Source: Octopus bimaculoides
Taxonomy: Eukaryota
Assembly (NCBI RefSeq): GCF_001194135.2
Contig: NC_068982.1
Coordinates: 111,553,874-111,607,095, forward strand
DNA length: 53,222 nucleotides
Direction of reading: 5' to 3'
The position numbers were made by a program, and so were the translations under genes. Under the pieces are notes generated by a model. That model did no database searches, was not told the origin of the DNA, and worked only from the letters and a program-made list of their open reading frames with translations. This document shows positions 1-13,054 of the stretch, one piece after another. Every line of letters starts with the position of its first letter. Position 1 is the stretch's first letter.

Positions 1-14
1 ACACACACACACAC

Positions 15-46
<32 letters not shown>

Positions 47-919
47 CATCACCATCACCACCACTACATAAATGCATATATTTGTATAGATATATTCTTA
101 CATGTCTGTGTTCGTGGCATGTGTTACTGGTGTTTGTTGGGTGGGTTGACAGTTGTGTTGGTGCCTTTATTAGGAGAAGATTCTTCAATTTTTCGTATGT
201 TTTCTTCGTTGTGACCTATATTTTTCCACTGTTCTTATTTTATCAATTCAAGCACATTGAAATAGAAAATATAACTATTTCTTTTTCGATTCTTCTTAAT
301 TCAGTAAAACTATGTGAATTTTCTAGAATATCATGTAATTTTTTTGTAATTATTGAATTGAATCTTTTGGCTTGGTTGTATCATAAAGCTAAACTAATTT
401 AAGTTTGTCTCATTTTGATTGAGACAAATCAATGATAGAAGGTAAAGCACTCCTTATTTAACTATGATCACGAGTAATCTCCCTTGCATCCTTTTGAAAT
501 ACCTTTTTCTTTTCCCTCCAAAAAATAATAAATTTCAACAGATATATTCGTTCCAGACAATAACTGCAAGGAAACTTAAAGAAAAAAAAAATCTTGTCAT
601 ATATAAATCCTAACGGAAAGTACAGTTTTGGATTTATTGAATTCAGTTCTGGTTAAATTGAAAATAAATGTGGTTTACGAGTCACTCAATATAAGAAGTT
701 AATTGGAATAGTACTTAATTAGTATATTCTAAAACGGCTTCGACGAATAATCACGTTAGGCTGTGACTTAAAATTATAATGGTCTTTTTATGAAGTGGGA
801 GAGTAACTATGAAACTGGACACGTTTTTTTTTTACAGAGTTTGAACTACAGTATTACATCTTACAACTTCCGCTAATGAGATGTATTATATATCGCTTTG
901 TGTGTAACGTTGATAATCA

Positions 920-993
<74 letters not shown>

Positions 994-1225
994 TATGATG
1001 GGCTTCTTTCNNNNNNNNNNNNNNNNNNNNNNNNNNNNNNNNNNNNNNNNNNNNNNNNNNNNNNNNNNNNNNNNNNNNNNNNNNNNNNNNNNNNNNNNNN
1101 NNNNNNNNNNNNNNNNNNNNNNNNNNNNNNNNNNNNNNNNNNNNNNNNNNNNNNNNNNNNNNNNNNNNNNNNNNNNNNNNNNNNNNTATATAAATATATA
1201 TGTATATATATATATATACATATGT

Positions 1226-1324
1226 GACGGAGGCACATAAGCTCTTTACTAATTATATATAGCACGCACACATACATACATACATACATACATATAATTA
1301 GTAAAGAGTTTATGTGCCTCCGTC
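1226..1324. repeat. Near-perfect 33-bp inverted repeat with a 33-nt loop
   Basis: 1226-1258 is the reverse complement of 1292-1324 except for one position, which forms a G-U pair. Confidence 0.9.
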
Positions 1325-1393
1325 CAGCTGCTCTGATGAGTCGCCTGTATTGCTTAGTGCAATAATAGACGTGAAACCAAAGATCACTTTCTG
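1325..1393 (+). ncRNA. Degenerate hammerhead-like motif
   Basis: CAGCUGCU-CUGAUGA-GUC...(UAUUGC/GCAAUA hairpin)...GAC-GU-GAAAC-CAAA-GAUC-ACUUUCUG. There is a 2-nt insertion before GAAA and stems I and III have decayed. Confidence 0.45.
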
Positions 1394-1446
1394 ACCGGCC
1401 ATAACCAACGATTACATGAAATACACACACACACGCACGCATATAC

Positions 1447-1483
<37 letters not shown>

Positions 1484-1996
1484 TACATGCACACGCACGC
1501 ACACATGTATAAGAGTGACGGAATGCAGAAATGATAGATAATTGGAATAAATCTTCTGAGATTTAGGTATAAATTTTTACTTCCTGATTTGAAATACTGA
1601 CGGCATCAACTTTCCCTGTTGCCATACCAGACTCAATAAAAGTATTATTAAATGGTCGATGTAATCGGCTATATTCCTATTCCTCAAATTTATTGACTTG
1701 TGCCTAAGTAATAGATTTTAACTGTTATGGTTGAAACGAGTAGTAGATATTAAAATTAGGAGAGAATCAGACTGTATGCTTAGCTGTAGTTACTTTGTCC
1801 CTAGGCTAAAATTGCATTACAGCTAACACTTTTATTCATCCCACCAAGGTGGATAAAAAGGAGAAGAGCGTTAACCAGGATTGATTCTTTTAACTACACC
1901 CCCTTTTAGTTTTACAAGTTGTAGTTTTGTGTTAATGGGATATCAAAATAGGTTTCTTATTACACTTTATGCTGTTGATATTGAACTCCTTTAAGA

Positions 1997-2155
1997 TGGG
2001 TTGGCAGAATCGTTAGCTCGCTGGACAAAATGTTTAGCGGTATTTCGTCCGTCTTTACGTTCTGAGTTCATATATTGCCGAGGTCGACTTTACCTTTTAT
2101 CCTTTCGGGGTCGATGAAATTGCTGGACTTGTGCTAAGATTTGAAACCAATATTA
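1997..2155 (+). mobile_element. SINE family B copy, internally deleted
   Basis: TGGCAGAATCGTTAGC...GAGGTCGACTTTACCTTTTATCCTTTCGGGGTCGAT. Confidence 0.8.
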
Positions 2156-2382
2156 AACTTCTTCATATAAAAAATATTTCTAGTGAAATACTAGATAATT
2201 TTTCTCATTATCCTTCAAGGAAACCAGAGCATTCAGTATTATGAAAAACACTTTTCGTCGCAGTATTTCTATGATTCTCTTCAAACACAATGAGTACATA
2301 CTCGGCATAATTCAGCCTGTGTTGGTTGGTTGCTAGTACTGAGCACCTGTACTTTCAAAACACTGGCGTACATCTATTAAAC

Positions 2383-2529
2383 CTGGCACGAGCAACCTTT
2401 TTCGAAAAGCAGGCTGCAGGAGACATAGCTCATCATCTGGCTTGGTATACTACTAAAGAAAATTCCAGGTAACTTTTTATTAGGCATATCATTTAAAACG
2501 TCTCGTGGGCTGCAGTTTACTCATGACTA
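2383..2529. mobile_element. Possible hAT-type MITE
   Basis: Degenerate TIRs CTGGCACGAGCAACCTTTT and GGGCTGCAGTTTACTCATGACTA resemble Charlie/MER-type ends. No clear 8-bp TSD. Confidence 0.35.
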
Positions 2530-2690
2530 CTAAACTAGCAACGCATTTTTTACTGTCTTAGACAATGCAGGAAGGGCAGACCCCATGACCTCTCTTCAGG
2601 ATCACGATGACTAGTGGAAAGAAAAGAGGAAACTATACTGATACTGGAGACTTGGCCCGAATGCTTGCAACAGAATTTACTCTACAAAAG

Positions 2691-3013
2691 TGGCACTCCG
2701 TCGGTTACGACGACAAGGGTTCCACTTGATCCGATCGACGGAACAGCCTGCTCGTGAAAGTAACGTGCAAATGGCTGAGTCCTCCACAGACACACGTAAC
2801 CCTTAACGTAGTTCTCAGGGAGTTTCAGCATGACACAGAGTGTGATAAGGCCGGCCCTTTGAAATATAAGTACTACTCATTTTTTCCAGCTGAGAGGACT
2901 GGAGTAACGTGAAATAGTGTTTTGCTCAAGGACAGAACGCGTCGCCGGGGATTGAACTCCCGACCTTACGATCGTGAGCCGAATACCCAAACCACTAAGT
3001 AATGCTCCTTCAC
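2691..3013 (-). mobile_element. tRNA-derived SINE family C1 (CORE-like centre; possibly octopus OR2 type) with target-site duplication
   Basis: Head with box B GAGTTCAATCC, GTCCTTGAGCAAAACAC...CTCCAGTCC block, tail GCAGGCTGTTCC...GACGGAGTGCCA. TCTACAAAAGT flanks both sides (2681-2691 and 3015-3025). Confidence 0.85.
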
Positions 3014-5536
3014 TTCTACAAAAGTACTCAAGGGTTAATTGGCGGTGTTAAATCAGGCGATGGTTTAAGCTTACAACTCAAGAACTGGAGATGCCTCTCT
3101 GATGAGCTTTCATGCAGTTTCTGTAACCAAATTCTATTCACAAGGCTTTGACTAGCTCGAGGTTATGGTAGCATACATCTACCTTATGTACCTTGCAGTG
3201 GGATTGAACCCGAAATCATGTAGATACGAAGTACAAGTTTTAACTACACAACTATCAATGCATCCGTATTTACAAGACTTCGTTCTGCATTCTTCATTCA
3301 TCTTAGATATCTTTTTAAAAATTCATCCAGCAGACATATGATGTTGCCTATCTAGGATTCTATTATCAAATGTGCTCTTCATTATTTTAAAGACCGTAGG
3401 GAGTGATTTGAGGGCTATTTGGATGTTGTTTTTGCTAGTTGATCAATCACAATAGATATTTTTATGAAATATTTGGTGAAACTTGCTTAATATTGGTTTC
3501 ATAATACGTACTTTCACTGCAGTATTTTGGCCTAACCCGATCCTTCGACCTTTGTTGTATGATTACAGCCTCAACCATACTTCGCGGTTATACACTTAAA
3601 ATACTTACTCTGGTTTCACTCACTGACTTGTGACCAAGCTGGAATACCACCTTCAAAAGTTTAGCTGGTCGTAGTATCGATCTTAGCATTAATTTTAGTC
3701 TGGCACTTATCTCATCGACCTCTGCTTATTCAACTTAAGTAAAACTTATTACATAAAGGGACGCATTGACTCTGTCTTAAGCAGTAACACGCACATGTGC
3801 TGGATTTCCGTACAGTTTTCAGCAACAAGATTTCACTCATGACATTAGTCAACCCAGGACAGCAGAAAATTCTTTCCCAAAGTGTCGTTCAGCAGGATCG
3901 ATCACGAAACCACGAAACGAAAAAATTATTTTTCATTTAGCGATGCCTGTACTTCTTCTTTCATACTTTTTCAGGTTTCAGTCATTGAACTGCGGCCACT
4001 AGGGCGCCACCTTCAAGTATTTTAAACAATCGTATCGACCTAGCACTTATTGTTATTGAGTTTTGCAGAAAAAAGATGTCGTCCAATGTTTTAAGCCTGA
4101 AGATAATAGTATTTCATTTAATTCCTCCACAATGTGGAGTCCACATCTACTTTTGTCTGTTTGTGATAGAGTTATAGAAACGATAGCATTAAAACCGAGT
4201 AAATCCCAACGGAAAGCAGCTAAGTTGAAATGTGAGCAAACGGTTTATTTATTTATTCTGTTTATTAAATATATTAAATGTATACATACAGTTACATTTA
4301 CAAATAATTAAACGATACTCTCTATCGTTACCCTTTTATTCTCTATCTCTTGTTTATTTTTTTCTGTATTTGCATTTTTTAAATTGAATTTACCCTCATT
4401 AAACCATACCCCATTAAGCCGGATAATGGTAAACCGGACGAAATCTGAATTAAGAAAGTTACTGTCAGAGTTAATTTTATCTCCAGCTTTGAGTATCAAT
4501 GTGTAGGAGCTTGGGCGTGCTTGGTGAGCATCGACGAAAGATGGTAGACTCCTCATAAACATTACTTACTAAATAATATAAACATTACTTACTTAATAAT
4601 ATAAACATGGCTCAAACGAGAAACTAATTTTTCTCTTCCCTTTTAAGAAATTTTGCAGCAGTTGTTCTGATTAGCACCGCATACCCTTCAACTAATTGTG
4701 ATGTGACTGAGCAGATCATTGGGGAATGGGAGAGCAATAAAAATAAAATCTGAAGGTGAGCGACCTTTCACCAGTACATATCCTATTTTCGCTTTTACAC
4801 CCCTCTCTAAGAAATATAACCCTCTTTCTATCCCTCCGTACTCTCCCTAACAAATTAGCGTCTTAACTTTTCAAATTCATCACTCCCTCATTTCCCAACT
4901 CCTTTCTATTTATATTCAGCCTCTTACTTGTATAAGACTTACTCTTTCTTATTTACTTTCATACATCCCTCTAATAAACATTACGCTTTTCAAAAATTGT
5001 ATACGTAAATTCATTAAAAATTTAACCAAATCTGATATTACTTATAATTCCCTGCATGTAGTATCATTATATAATCTGACCTTAATTTATATTAAAATCT
5101 AATAAAACATGTTCAGAACAAATATTAAGTCAGATAGGTCGAGACAGTTTAAAGTTCGTATGTTTATTTTCGAGTAATACTTAAGCTAGATTAATTTCAA
5201 GTTCAACACTGTAACACACAGTGCATCCTGACAATAACCATCATATACGATAGAACCCAGTTAGTGTTGCTTGTCATTTTCGCTGATATTTCAGTAATTA
5301 GGCATCGTTGGTATTTCAGAAACTGGCCATGTACTTCACATCACCGAAAAATGTGACTCTATCTGGAAGGCAGAAACTAACTTTTATGGAAGTTAGAGGT
5401 CGGTGCTTTGGTGATGAGTATTTTGTGATTTTGTGGCAGTAAAAAGCAAACAACTACGAACAAACCCAAACGAAGGAGAAACTGAATTTTCTTTGAAATA
5501 CAGTTTTGATTTAAATTCTCAATTATTGTCTTTAGT

Positions 5537-5620
5537 GCAAGGAAACGTATGAGAGTTGCAAAAAATACAAATCTTGAGAAGGCGTTGACGAAATGGTTTA
5601 TCCATTAACGATCCCGTGTT
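5537..5620 (+). mobile_element. pogo/Tigger transposase (CENP-B-type HTH) fragment
   Basis: ARKRMRVAKNTNLEKALTKWFIH*RSR matches the KR.R.....LE.AL..WF.Q.R pattern, with TAA at an expected Gln. Confidence 0.55.
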
Positions 5621-6824
5621 ATAGAAATCTGAAAGTGCTGCTGTCATGCTAGCTATGTATGTGAGTATCAAGTATTTCGAAGTGACAGATGGTTATAGCA
5701 TTGTAGAAATCACTATAATACGAGTAATAGACACTTATCTATGAGGAAGTAGTCAATGTACCAACCGAGAAAATCAAGCCATTCAGGAATTACTTAATTG
5801 TGAAAGGTTCTTAACTTCCTAAGTGTATAATGATTTGTATTGGCGGTCATTAACCCTGAATGTTAAATCTTTTAAGAGCAAAGCCTTCATACCTAGTCGT
5901 AAATTCAGTAAGAAATGTTTTCAGCGTTGCGTTGCGTGAATGTTAGAGTTGTTGGCAATATTAGATCTGGTAGTGAGATCAGCACGTTCATGGGTCAGAG
6001 CCTGGCTAGAAAAATACAGATAGTGACTCTGAATATCAAGCATTAACAACATGAGAAATACCAGATTAAATTCTTGCTGGTTACTGTATAAATTGTGAGG
6101 ATGATGGAAGCAATGAACCCACAATTCCAAACTCTTTGCCATACGAGAATCTCCATATAACGACATTTCGTAACTTGACTTTCGGTTAACATTTCCTCAA
6201 CAGAAACAGCGTCAACATGGTCGACTCCTTCTCCAGATAAATTCACCTCAACGAATGATGTTGTTGATGCCTCACCTGCTCTTGCCAATCACCTTAGATT
6301 TCTACGTATGGCAAGTAAGGACCAGTGAAGCATAATAATTATACTAACTCATAATGACAATCTATCACATTTATATCTACTCCCACCTTCACCACAGCAA
6401 GCTCACCTGTTATCAACCACAGGTAATGAAATTAACTATTTACAGTATATACTTTTTAATTTCTATTTACTGTAATGCCAAATGATTCTACAAAATATGC
6501 AATTATATGTTTTATATAGTTACGTGATGCTTGCAGTAGTTTCTGTAATTTTGTTAATATTTATCTTGTTCAGGGAGCATTGTAGATATTTCTAATATCG
6601 TATAAGTGTACAATGTCTAGCCCTATCATCGATTAATTCGGACAATAACACAAAACGGGCACGCTTCGATTTTATTAGTACAGTATAAGGAGAGTGCATT
6701 CTATTAAATTATAACATTTTGATATCGTGTTTCAAATTCTTCAGAGGGCCAATAAAATAAGGCTAAAGCAAATATAAATAGTAATCAGTTCTACTCCAAC
6801 GATTATATTACCTCTCAATAAAAA

Positions 6825-6985
6825 TTGGTCGGCAGTGGTTTAAGAAGTTCATTCTCACCCATATGTTTTTGTCGGGTTTGTTTGATACGACTGGACGTTA
6901 GTTTGCACAAGTGTCTTCTATTACAGCTTGTATGTATGTATGTATGTATGTATGTATGTATGTATGTATGTATGTATGTATGTAT

Positions 6986-7016
<31 letters not shown>

Positions 7017-7390
7017 ATGTATGTATGCATACACGCCCACGCACACACACACACAAACACACACACACACACACACACAACATAATATAATATATCTATG
7101 TGTGCGTGTGTTTCTGTTGACGTGGGTCGAACAAACGGGTGCATGGAATAAAATACCTTGAGGTATTTTGATTTGATATCGACTAATTGGCTTTTACTTC
7201 TAACGAGATCGACAGCAAAAAGAACCTCACGTAAATCTAATCAACTAAAAACCTTGAAAGCAGTGTGTCAACATAACCGCAATCTAATGACTAAAACCAG
7301 CCAAAGAATAAAAGAATAAAAGGATAAAAGAATAAAAGAATAAAAGAATAAAAGGATAAAAGAATAAAAGAATAAAAGAATAAAAGAATT
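6825..7390 (+). mobile_element. Older family-A-related SINE with an 8-bp tandem tail
   Basis: Degenerate head and CAAGTGTCTTCTATTA, internal (TGTA)n/(CA)n, degenerate tail, then about 10 copies of TAAAAG(A/G)A at 7305-7388. Confidence 0.6.
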
Positions 7391-7758
7391 TGTCTTGTCA
7401 AAAGAAGCAGTTTTATTGCACAAGTTTCAACTTTCTATCCAGAATTCCGATAACTTTCAATTTCCATGAGGAAATAGGTTTCCCATTTTTCAACAAACAT
7501 CGTAGCGAGTAACGATGGCCATTCAAGATAATTTGTTCTCTTAATGATTCTTTTGTTCGCTCCTATTTTAAAGAGTTTTCTCTTCATTCTTCGCACTCCC
7601 GATAAATCACTTCCCTCTTGGTTACCAAATTTTCTCTTTCACTCAGCAGATTTTTCTTTTTTAGTCTTCCTGTCCACACACACATACACACACACACATG
7701 CGCACCCTACCGTGTTTTTTTAGGACATGACACGACCACAACAAGAACACAAGAACAA

Positions 7759-7813
<55 letters not shown>

Positions 7814-7831
7814 TACATATAATTTTATTTG

Positions 7832-8175
7832 CGGAAAGTACGTGGCCAAATGGGTAAGGTGCTGGGTTCTCGGTTGTAAATTCATGAGTTCGACTCCCGG
7901 ATCAGGTGACACATTATGTTCTTCAGCAAGGTATTTCATTTCATGCCGCTCCAGCTCACTCAGGCGACTTCTAATGACTCCAGCTGTCATATTTTGGATA
8001 TTTCACTTAGTCAAGGACGGAGAATCGAGAGAGCGTTTGTGCCTGTTCGTGACTACATGGACAGCAAAAACAATCAGTAAACTCATTGGGCAGCTTAACT
8101 AGCCATGCTCACCGACGAATGATGACTGTCGATTGTTCAGAAATTTCTCTAGATCGTTCAAAATGTTTAAAAAAA
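7832..8175 (+). mobile_element. Diverged tRNA-derived SINE with a CORE-like block
   Basis: TGGCCAAATGG box A, GAGTTCGACTCC box B, TTCTTCAGCAAGG...GCTCCAGCTCACTCAG, A-rich end. Confidence 0.6.
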
Positions 8176-8924
8176 AAATTTTTTTATATGTTCTGAACAC
8201 AGAATTACTTTCAGCACCCCGTAGATGTATATTGTCCGGTAAGACTCAATTCAATGGCAAAGCTAGTAGTCTAACTCATGAAAGGATAATGTAAAGAATG
8301 AAACAGCCTGGTGCTATATTAGTAGGAATCATATTGTATTTGTCTGTTATATACGGATGTGAGCGAAAAATTACGAAGTCAGCTTCTGTTCATTCTTAGA
8401 TCATTTAAAAACGTCGAATTTCAAAAAAGTTGAATTTCAACTTAATTGTTGTGGTTAACTACAAGAACAAGAACAACAAAAACAACAACAATAATCTCAC
8501 CAATAATTCTGAAATGATTTCGTTAAGAAAGGTGCCCTCCCTACTGTATCTGTCATCAGACATGTAATCTCAATTCGCTGTTAAAACTTTAGGAAGTTGT
8601 CCCTTAGTCTGTTACCTATCTCTTCCTGACTTCTTCCATTCTACTGTGAGTTAAATAGAGTAAATTTAGACAAATGTAACCTGATTTCAGAATGAGATAT
8701 ACTTAGAAATATATGTAACAGTCATTAGCAATTTTTAAAATTCTGATTTTTCTGTGATTTTGGTTTGCAATATAAACTTTAAACATTTGTAGATATCTTG
8801 GTTAAAATAATAATTATAATGATAAAAAAAATCATATAAAAACGAGGGAAACGGTTAGATCTCATCCCTTATTTTTCACTAAGGCTTAAAGTTTTATATA
8901 TATACACATACATACATATATGTA

Positions 8925-10025
8925 CATACATATATATGTATATACATATGCATACATGGGTACAGAACATCTAAAACGTAAACAACATGAAATACGAAAC
9001 CATGGAATACGAACTTTTTTTTGCGAATAACAAAAGAAACAAATGGAAAACAAGACAAGTAACATAAAGAGCGACCCTTCACCAGTTGTCGGTTGTTTAT
9101 CTATTCCAAATTTCGAGCAATTACGACAAGATGTATTTTCGAGAAAACAGTTGCTCCCGCAAAGCAAAATAAAATTTGGGATTTGCAGAGGGTCAAAGTT
9201 GGTAACAAAAACAGGGCAGTGAAAACAAACAGTAAGGGCTGCTAAGCCATAACGAGGTGAGGTGGCGAACGCTGGAGGAACAAGCTTTGACTGGAGAAAT
9301 GATAGGAGAGGAGACAGACAAGAATGCGTGTGATATGTGTGGCAGATCATAACGAAAGATAGAAGCTCATATTAGGAAAAGAAAGATGGCCGATGGTCAC
9401 GTGTGAGCAGCGAGAGAGTAAAGGAGGAAGAGTGAGAAAGAGAGAGGGACAGATAGAGAACGGTGAAAGGGAAAGGAAAAGAATTAGAGAAAGGATGAGA
9501 GAGATAAAAACGAAAAGGGGAAGAAGGGGAGATAAAAAGAATTAGAAAAAGGAAGAGAGAGGAAACGAAAGGGGAGAGCGAAAGAGAACAATACAAGATA
9601 GAGTCGCATCGGAACTATTAAGATAAACTTATTTGGAAATGGATGCGTGGCTTTCAATCATATAATAATACAGCATGGCCGCAGCTCTAAGCTGAAACTA
9701 TATAAAAGAATATNNNNNNNNNNNNNNNNNNNNNNNNNNNNNNNNNNNNNNNNNNNNNNNNNNNNNNNNNNNNNNNNNNNNNNTATATATATATATATAT
9801 ATATATATATGCGTATATACATATATGTACATACTTACATATATTTGTATATGCATACATGGGTACAGGACGTCATAAAACGTAAACAACATGAAATACG
9901 AAAACATGGAATACGAACTTTTTTGCGAATAACAAAAGAAACAAATGGAAAACAAGGCAAGTAACAAAAAGAACGGCCCTTCATCAGTTGTCGGGTGTTT
10001 ATCTACTCCACATTCAGAGCAATAA
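8925..10025 (-). mobile_element. Non-coding repeat family D, partial tandem (about 1.2-mer)
   Basis: About 200-bp direct repeat (about 8925-9125 and 9828-10025, offset 903 bp including a gap and an inserted tail fragment). Homologous to 44247-45016. Confidence 0.7.
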
Positions 10026-10460
10026 TCACATTTATCAATTCAGTCAAAAAACCCCCACCGACAAATATACCAGCAGTACCCAATGACCCGTTGAGTTCAG
10101 AATTTATTGAAATCAAGCAAAAGAATGTACTACCCATCCTTAATATCTGCTGAATGAACAGCAAAATAAATCCACCACACACACCACCATCCGCATATAG
10201 CTATCATTCCTTCCTCTATTTCCATCACCTCCTTTCCTCCCCACCAAACACACAGAAATACCCACAGAATTCGTTTGACCTTCATACTGGTAAAAGGGGA
10301 TAAGCGTCAATTAATGCTATATCGCCTGAAGAAATGAATCAATGATGATCAACCGAATGCCCACGGATACTACGGACTACACTGTAATCATCCCAAGAAT
10401 ACGGATTGTAATGTAAAGAGCCATGTGACTTGTGGAAAAACGCGTAGCGATGCATTAAAT
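10025..10460 (+). mobile_element. Probable Penelope-like 3' remnant
   Basis: Peptide EFIEIKQKNVLPILN resembles a GIY-YIG C-terminus (E...I....P.LN). It is followed by a C-rich UTR and the 10311-10458 hammerhead relic. Confidence 0.45.
10311..10458 (+). ncRNA. Type I hammerhead-like relic with extended stem I and about 100-nt insert at stem II
   Basis: UUAAUGC(UAU)AUCGC-CUGAAGA ... GAAAAAC-GC-GUA-GCGAU-GCAUUAA. Stem I is 12 bp with a 3-nt bulge and stem III is the palindrome ACGCGU. Confidence 0.6.
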
Positions 10461-10655
10461 GTTTATAAATTCCATCCAAGGATTATTGTTATTATTATTA
10501 TATTTATCCTACATTGTATACAGCCTGATGAAACCCCGAAAAACTTGCTCACTTGGCAGCATCATTAGACGGTGACTGGCATAATGGAATAAAAGATTTT
10601 TCTTCCATATTGAAAACGTTTCCTATATAAAAATTTAATATATGTGTGTGTGTGA

Positions 10656-10734
<79 letters not shown>

Positions 10735-11119
10735 CACACATATGAGCACGCGACGGTTAACTGCATAGTTTCCACACAATACCTACCTACCTACCTACCT
10801 ACCTACCTACCTATTATTGAAGCAACTTACTGAAACAATTGATGAAATACTACAAATAGCAGTGAATGATCATACTTCTCAATTCACTCCATTCGTGAAG
10901 AAAAGTTACATTAATTACGACGGATCAAAAGAAGAAAATTGTAAAATGCAATACAGGTTAAACATAACAGAACAGTAGTTGTTGCAAAAAGTTCGTAGTC
11001 ACAAAGATGTCGCAGAATTCATATTAACACAAATGTTCATAAGAAAATTTATATGGAACAGGAAATATTTCCGAAATAATATTAAATGGTTTGTCTCATC
11101 TTAATATATGTGACAATAA

Positions 11120-11330
11120 TACTGTATTTGATCACATATATGACGCACTTCTTTTTTCCCTAACCTGTTTAAAAAAAAACACAGCAAAATATAACGAAAA
11201 CAAAATCACCCCGAGTTCTGTATGCGAAGTTTCGCTTCCTATAAGCTTTGAAGCATTAAAAACTTTCTTTTCCTGAATATGCACTGCTGAAATTGGGGTG
11301 CGTCTTAGATGTCTGTGCGTTTTTTATGCG
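11120..11330 (+). mobile_element. Tc2/pogo-type DNA transposon left end
   Basis: TA|CTGTATTT...TATGACGCAC...TTTTTTCCC and an inverted subrepeat GGGGTGCGTCTTA (11295-11307). No matching right end was found. Confidence 0.5.
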
Positions 11331-13054
11331 TGAGAACGTGTTTTTTCTCATGTCTAATTGGGCTGTTCTTAGCTGTATCTAACTGACGACTTGTCGTGTG
11401 CATGATAATATATTTACCTTGTTGTGATGAGAGACTCAAAGAGTATAAGATTGTGTGCGAAAGAACATCATTTTCATCATGCCAGCCGAAGCAACCGTCG
11501 TTTTATGCGAAAATGTAATAGTTAAGAATCACTTGGCTTAAGCAGAGTGTCAGAAAACGGTTTGGTTGTTTGGAAATAATAGCCTTTACTATGTAAGCGT
11601 AATGAAATTCGTTTGTTTGTCTTTAGCCAAAAAGCGGAAAGATTGCTGTCTACAAACAGTCGAGATACGACAAATCGTATAGGAAAAATTAACCTGTATT
11701 GATTGGATAGAATCTGTGTCAAGAGATGTGTCATAACGGTATGTGTTTATGTGACCCAGGCATCGATGTAACGAAGTACTGATGACTGAGATGTTCTGAT
11801 TCCTACCTACCTACCTACATGCATATACACACATGTACATACTTAAATGAAGATATGTGTCGAATGAATGAGAAAGGTGGACTTAATACATGTTATAGAG
11901 TATATGGTTTAACTCGTGTGAAACTCGAGTCATAAGAGAACCATTCAGTTTAAATATGCTATATATATGTATGTATGTATGTATGCGTATCCGGTAGTTC
12001 ACCTTGATGCAGAGTATTTTGCTAGAAATTTTCGACTCAATGTGTAAATCAACATTTCAACATTCCACTCCTATAACTGTATTGCGTTATAACCATATTA
12101 TCCAGAAAGGGATAAGCTAGTTTGCTATTAATATGAGTTGTATATTTTTGGAATTATCACAAAACCAAGTACTAATGCTTCGAATGCATTTAATACGTAT
12201 GTTTCAAGTGGTTACGTAACAACTTGTTACGTTAGTTCAATTTTCATCAGTCGGTACAAGCGAAATACATTGGTGGACAGAATAAAAACGTTACATTAAA
12301 CTATAGAAAGAAAGAGAGAGAAGAGGAAAAAAAATTAAGAGAGACTACAATTGAACAAGCATCTAAAGAAATGGAAAAGTAATTAAAAGTGATTAATCTA
12401 ACGATGAAAATTTATTACTTAATAAATAAAAGAATAAACAGGAAACAAACTTTAACCATAGAGAGAAAACAAAGAATGAGAAGTAAAAATATATTGAAGT
12501 AAACTTCCAAAGATGAGGCAATTCGTACTTAAGGAAGCTAGGAAATATGATCCCTTTGCTGATAAAATCTTAAATTAAACTAATGAACCACGGCTTTTCC
12601 CACGAGACGATAACGTCTTGGACTTAAGAAAATATTAATGAAGCCAATATCCTACTATTAAGTTGCCCGGTCATAAAGTGAAATAGAGATAAATATTTTT
12701 GCCATTTAGATATACTATAGAATAAATTGCAGGGAGTTTTAATATTTTTAAATATTAAATAACCACGGAAGTAAAAGGTAAAGATAAAAACAAGGCATTA
12801 ATGATACTATTCATAATGTTAATACTAATACTATCAATAACAATAATAATACTTCTATATCAATAATAGAAATAATAGGCAAAACTTTAAATTGATAATA
12901 AGAATAAGAATAATAACATAACAACAATAGACGTTAATCATTCTTTTATTTAAAATAACAAGAGTACGAAGGACAATACTTATAACAATAATCAAATCAT
13001 AACAATTACAATGTTAAAATAAACATAAAAAAATAATGATAGTATTAATTTTTT

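Noticed and set aside
82-402. 106-aa ORF, and a stop-interrupted coding-like frame on the minus strand
   Set aside because: No recognisable domain. It is possibly a decayed element but cannot be supported.
9975-10020. CUGAUGA on the minus strand of family D as a hammerhead
   Set aside because: No correctly placed GAAA or stem III in any of the three copies, and the motif is not conserved (CUGGUGA, GUAACGA).
10520-10550. CTGATGA...GAAA near the 10311 hammerhead; similar partial matches at 3099, 11779 and 45998
   Set aside because: No stem II or stem I/III pairing. The 3099 match derives from a SINE central block.
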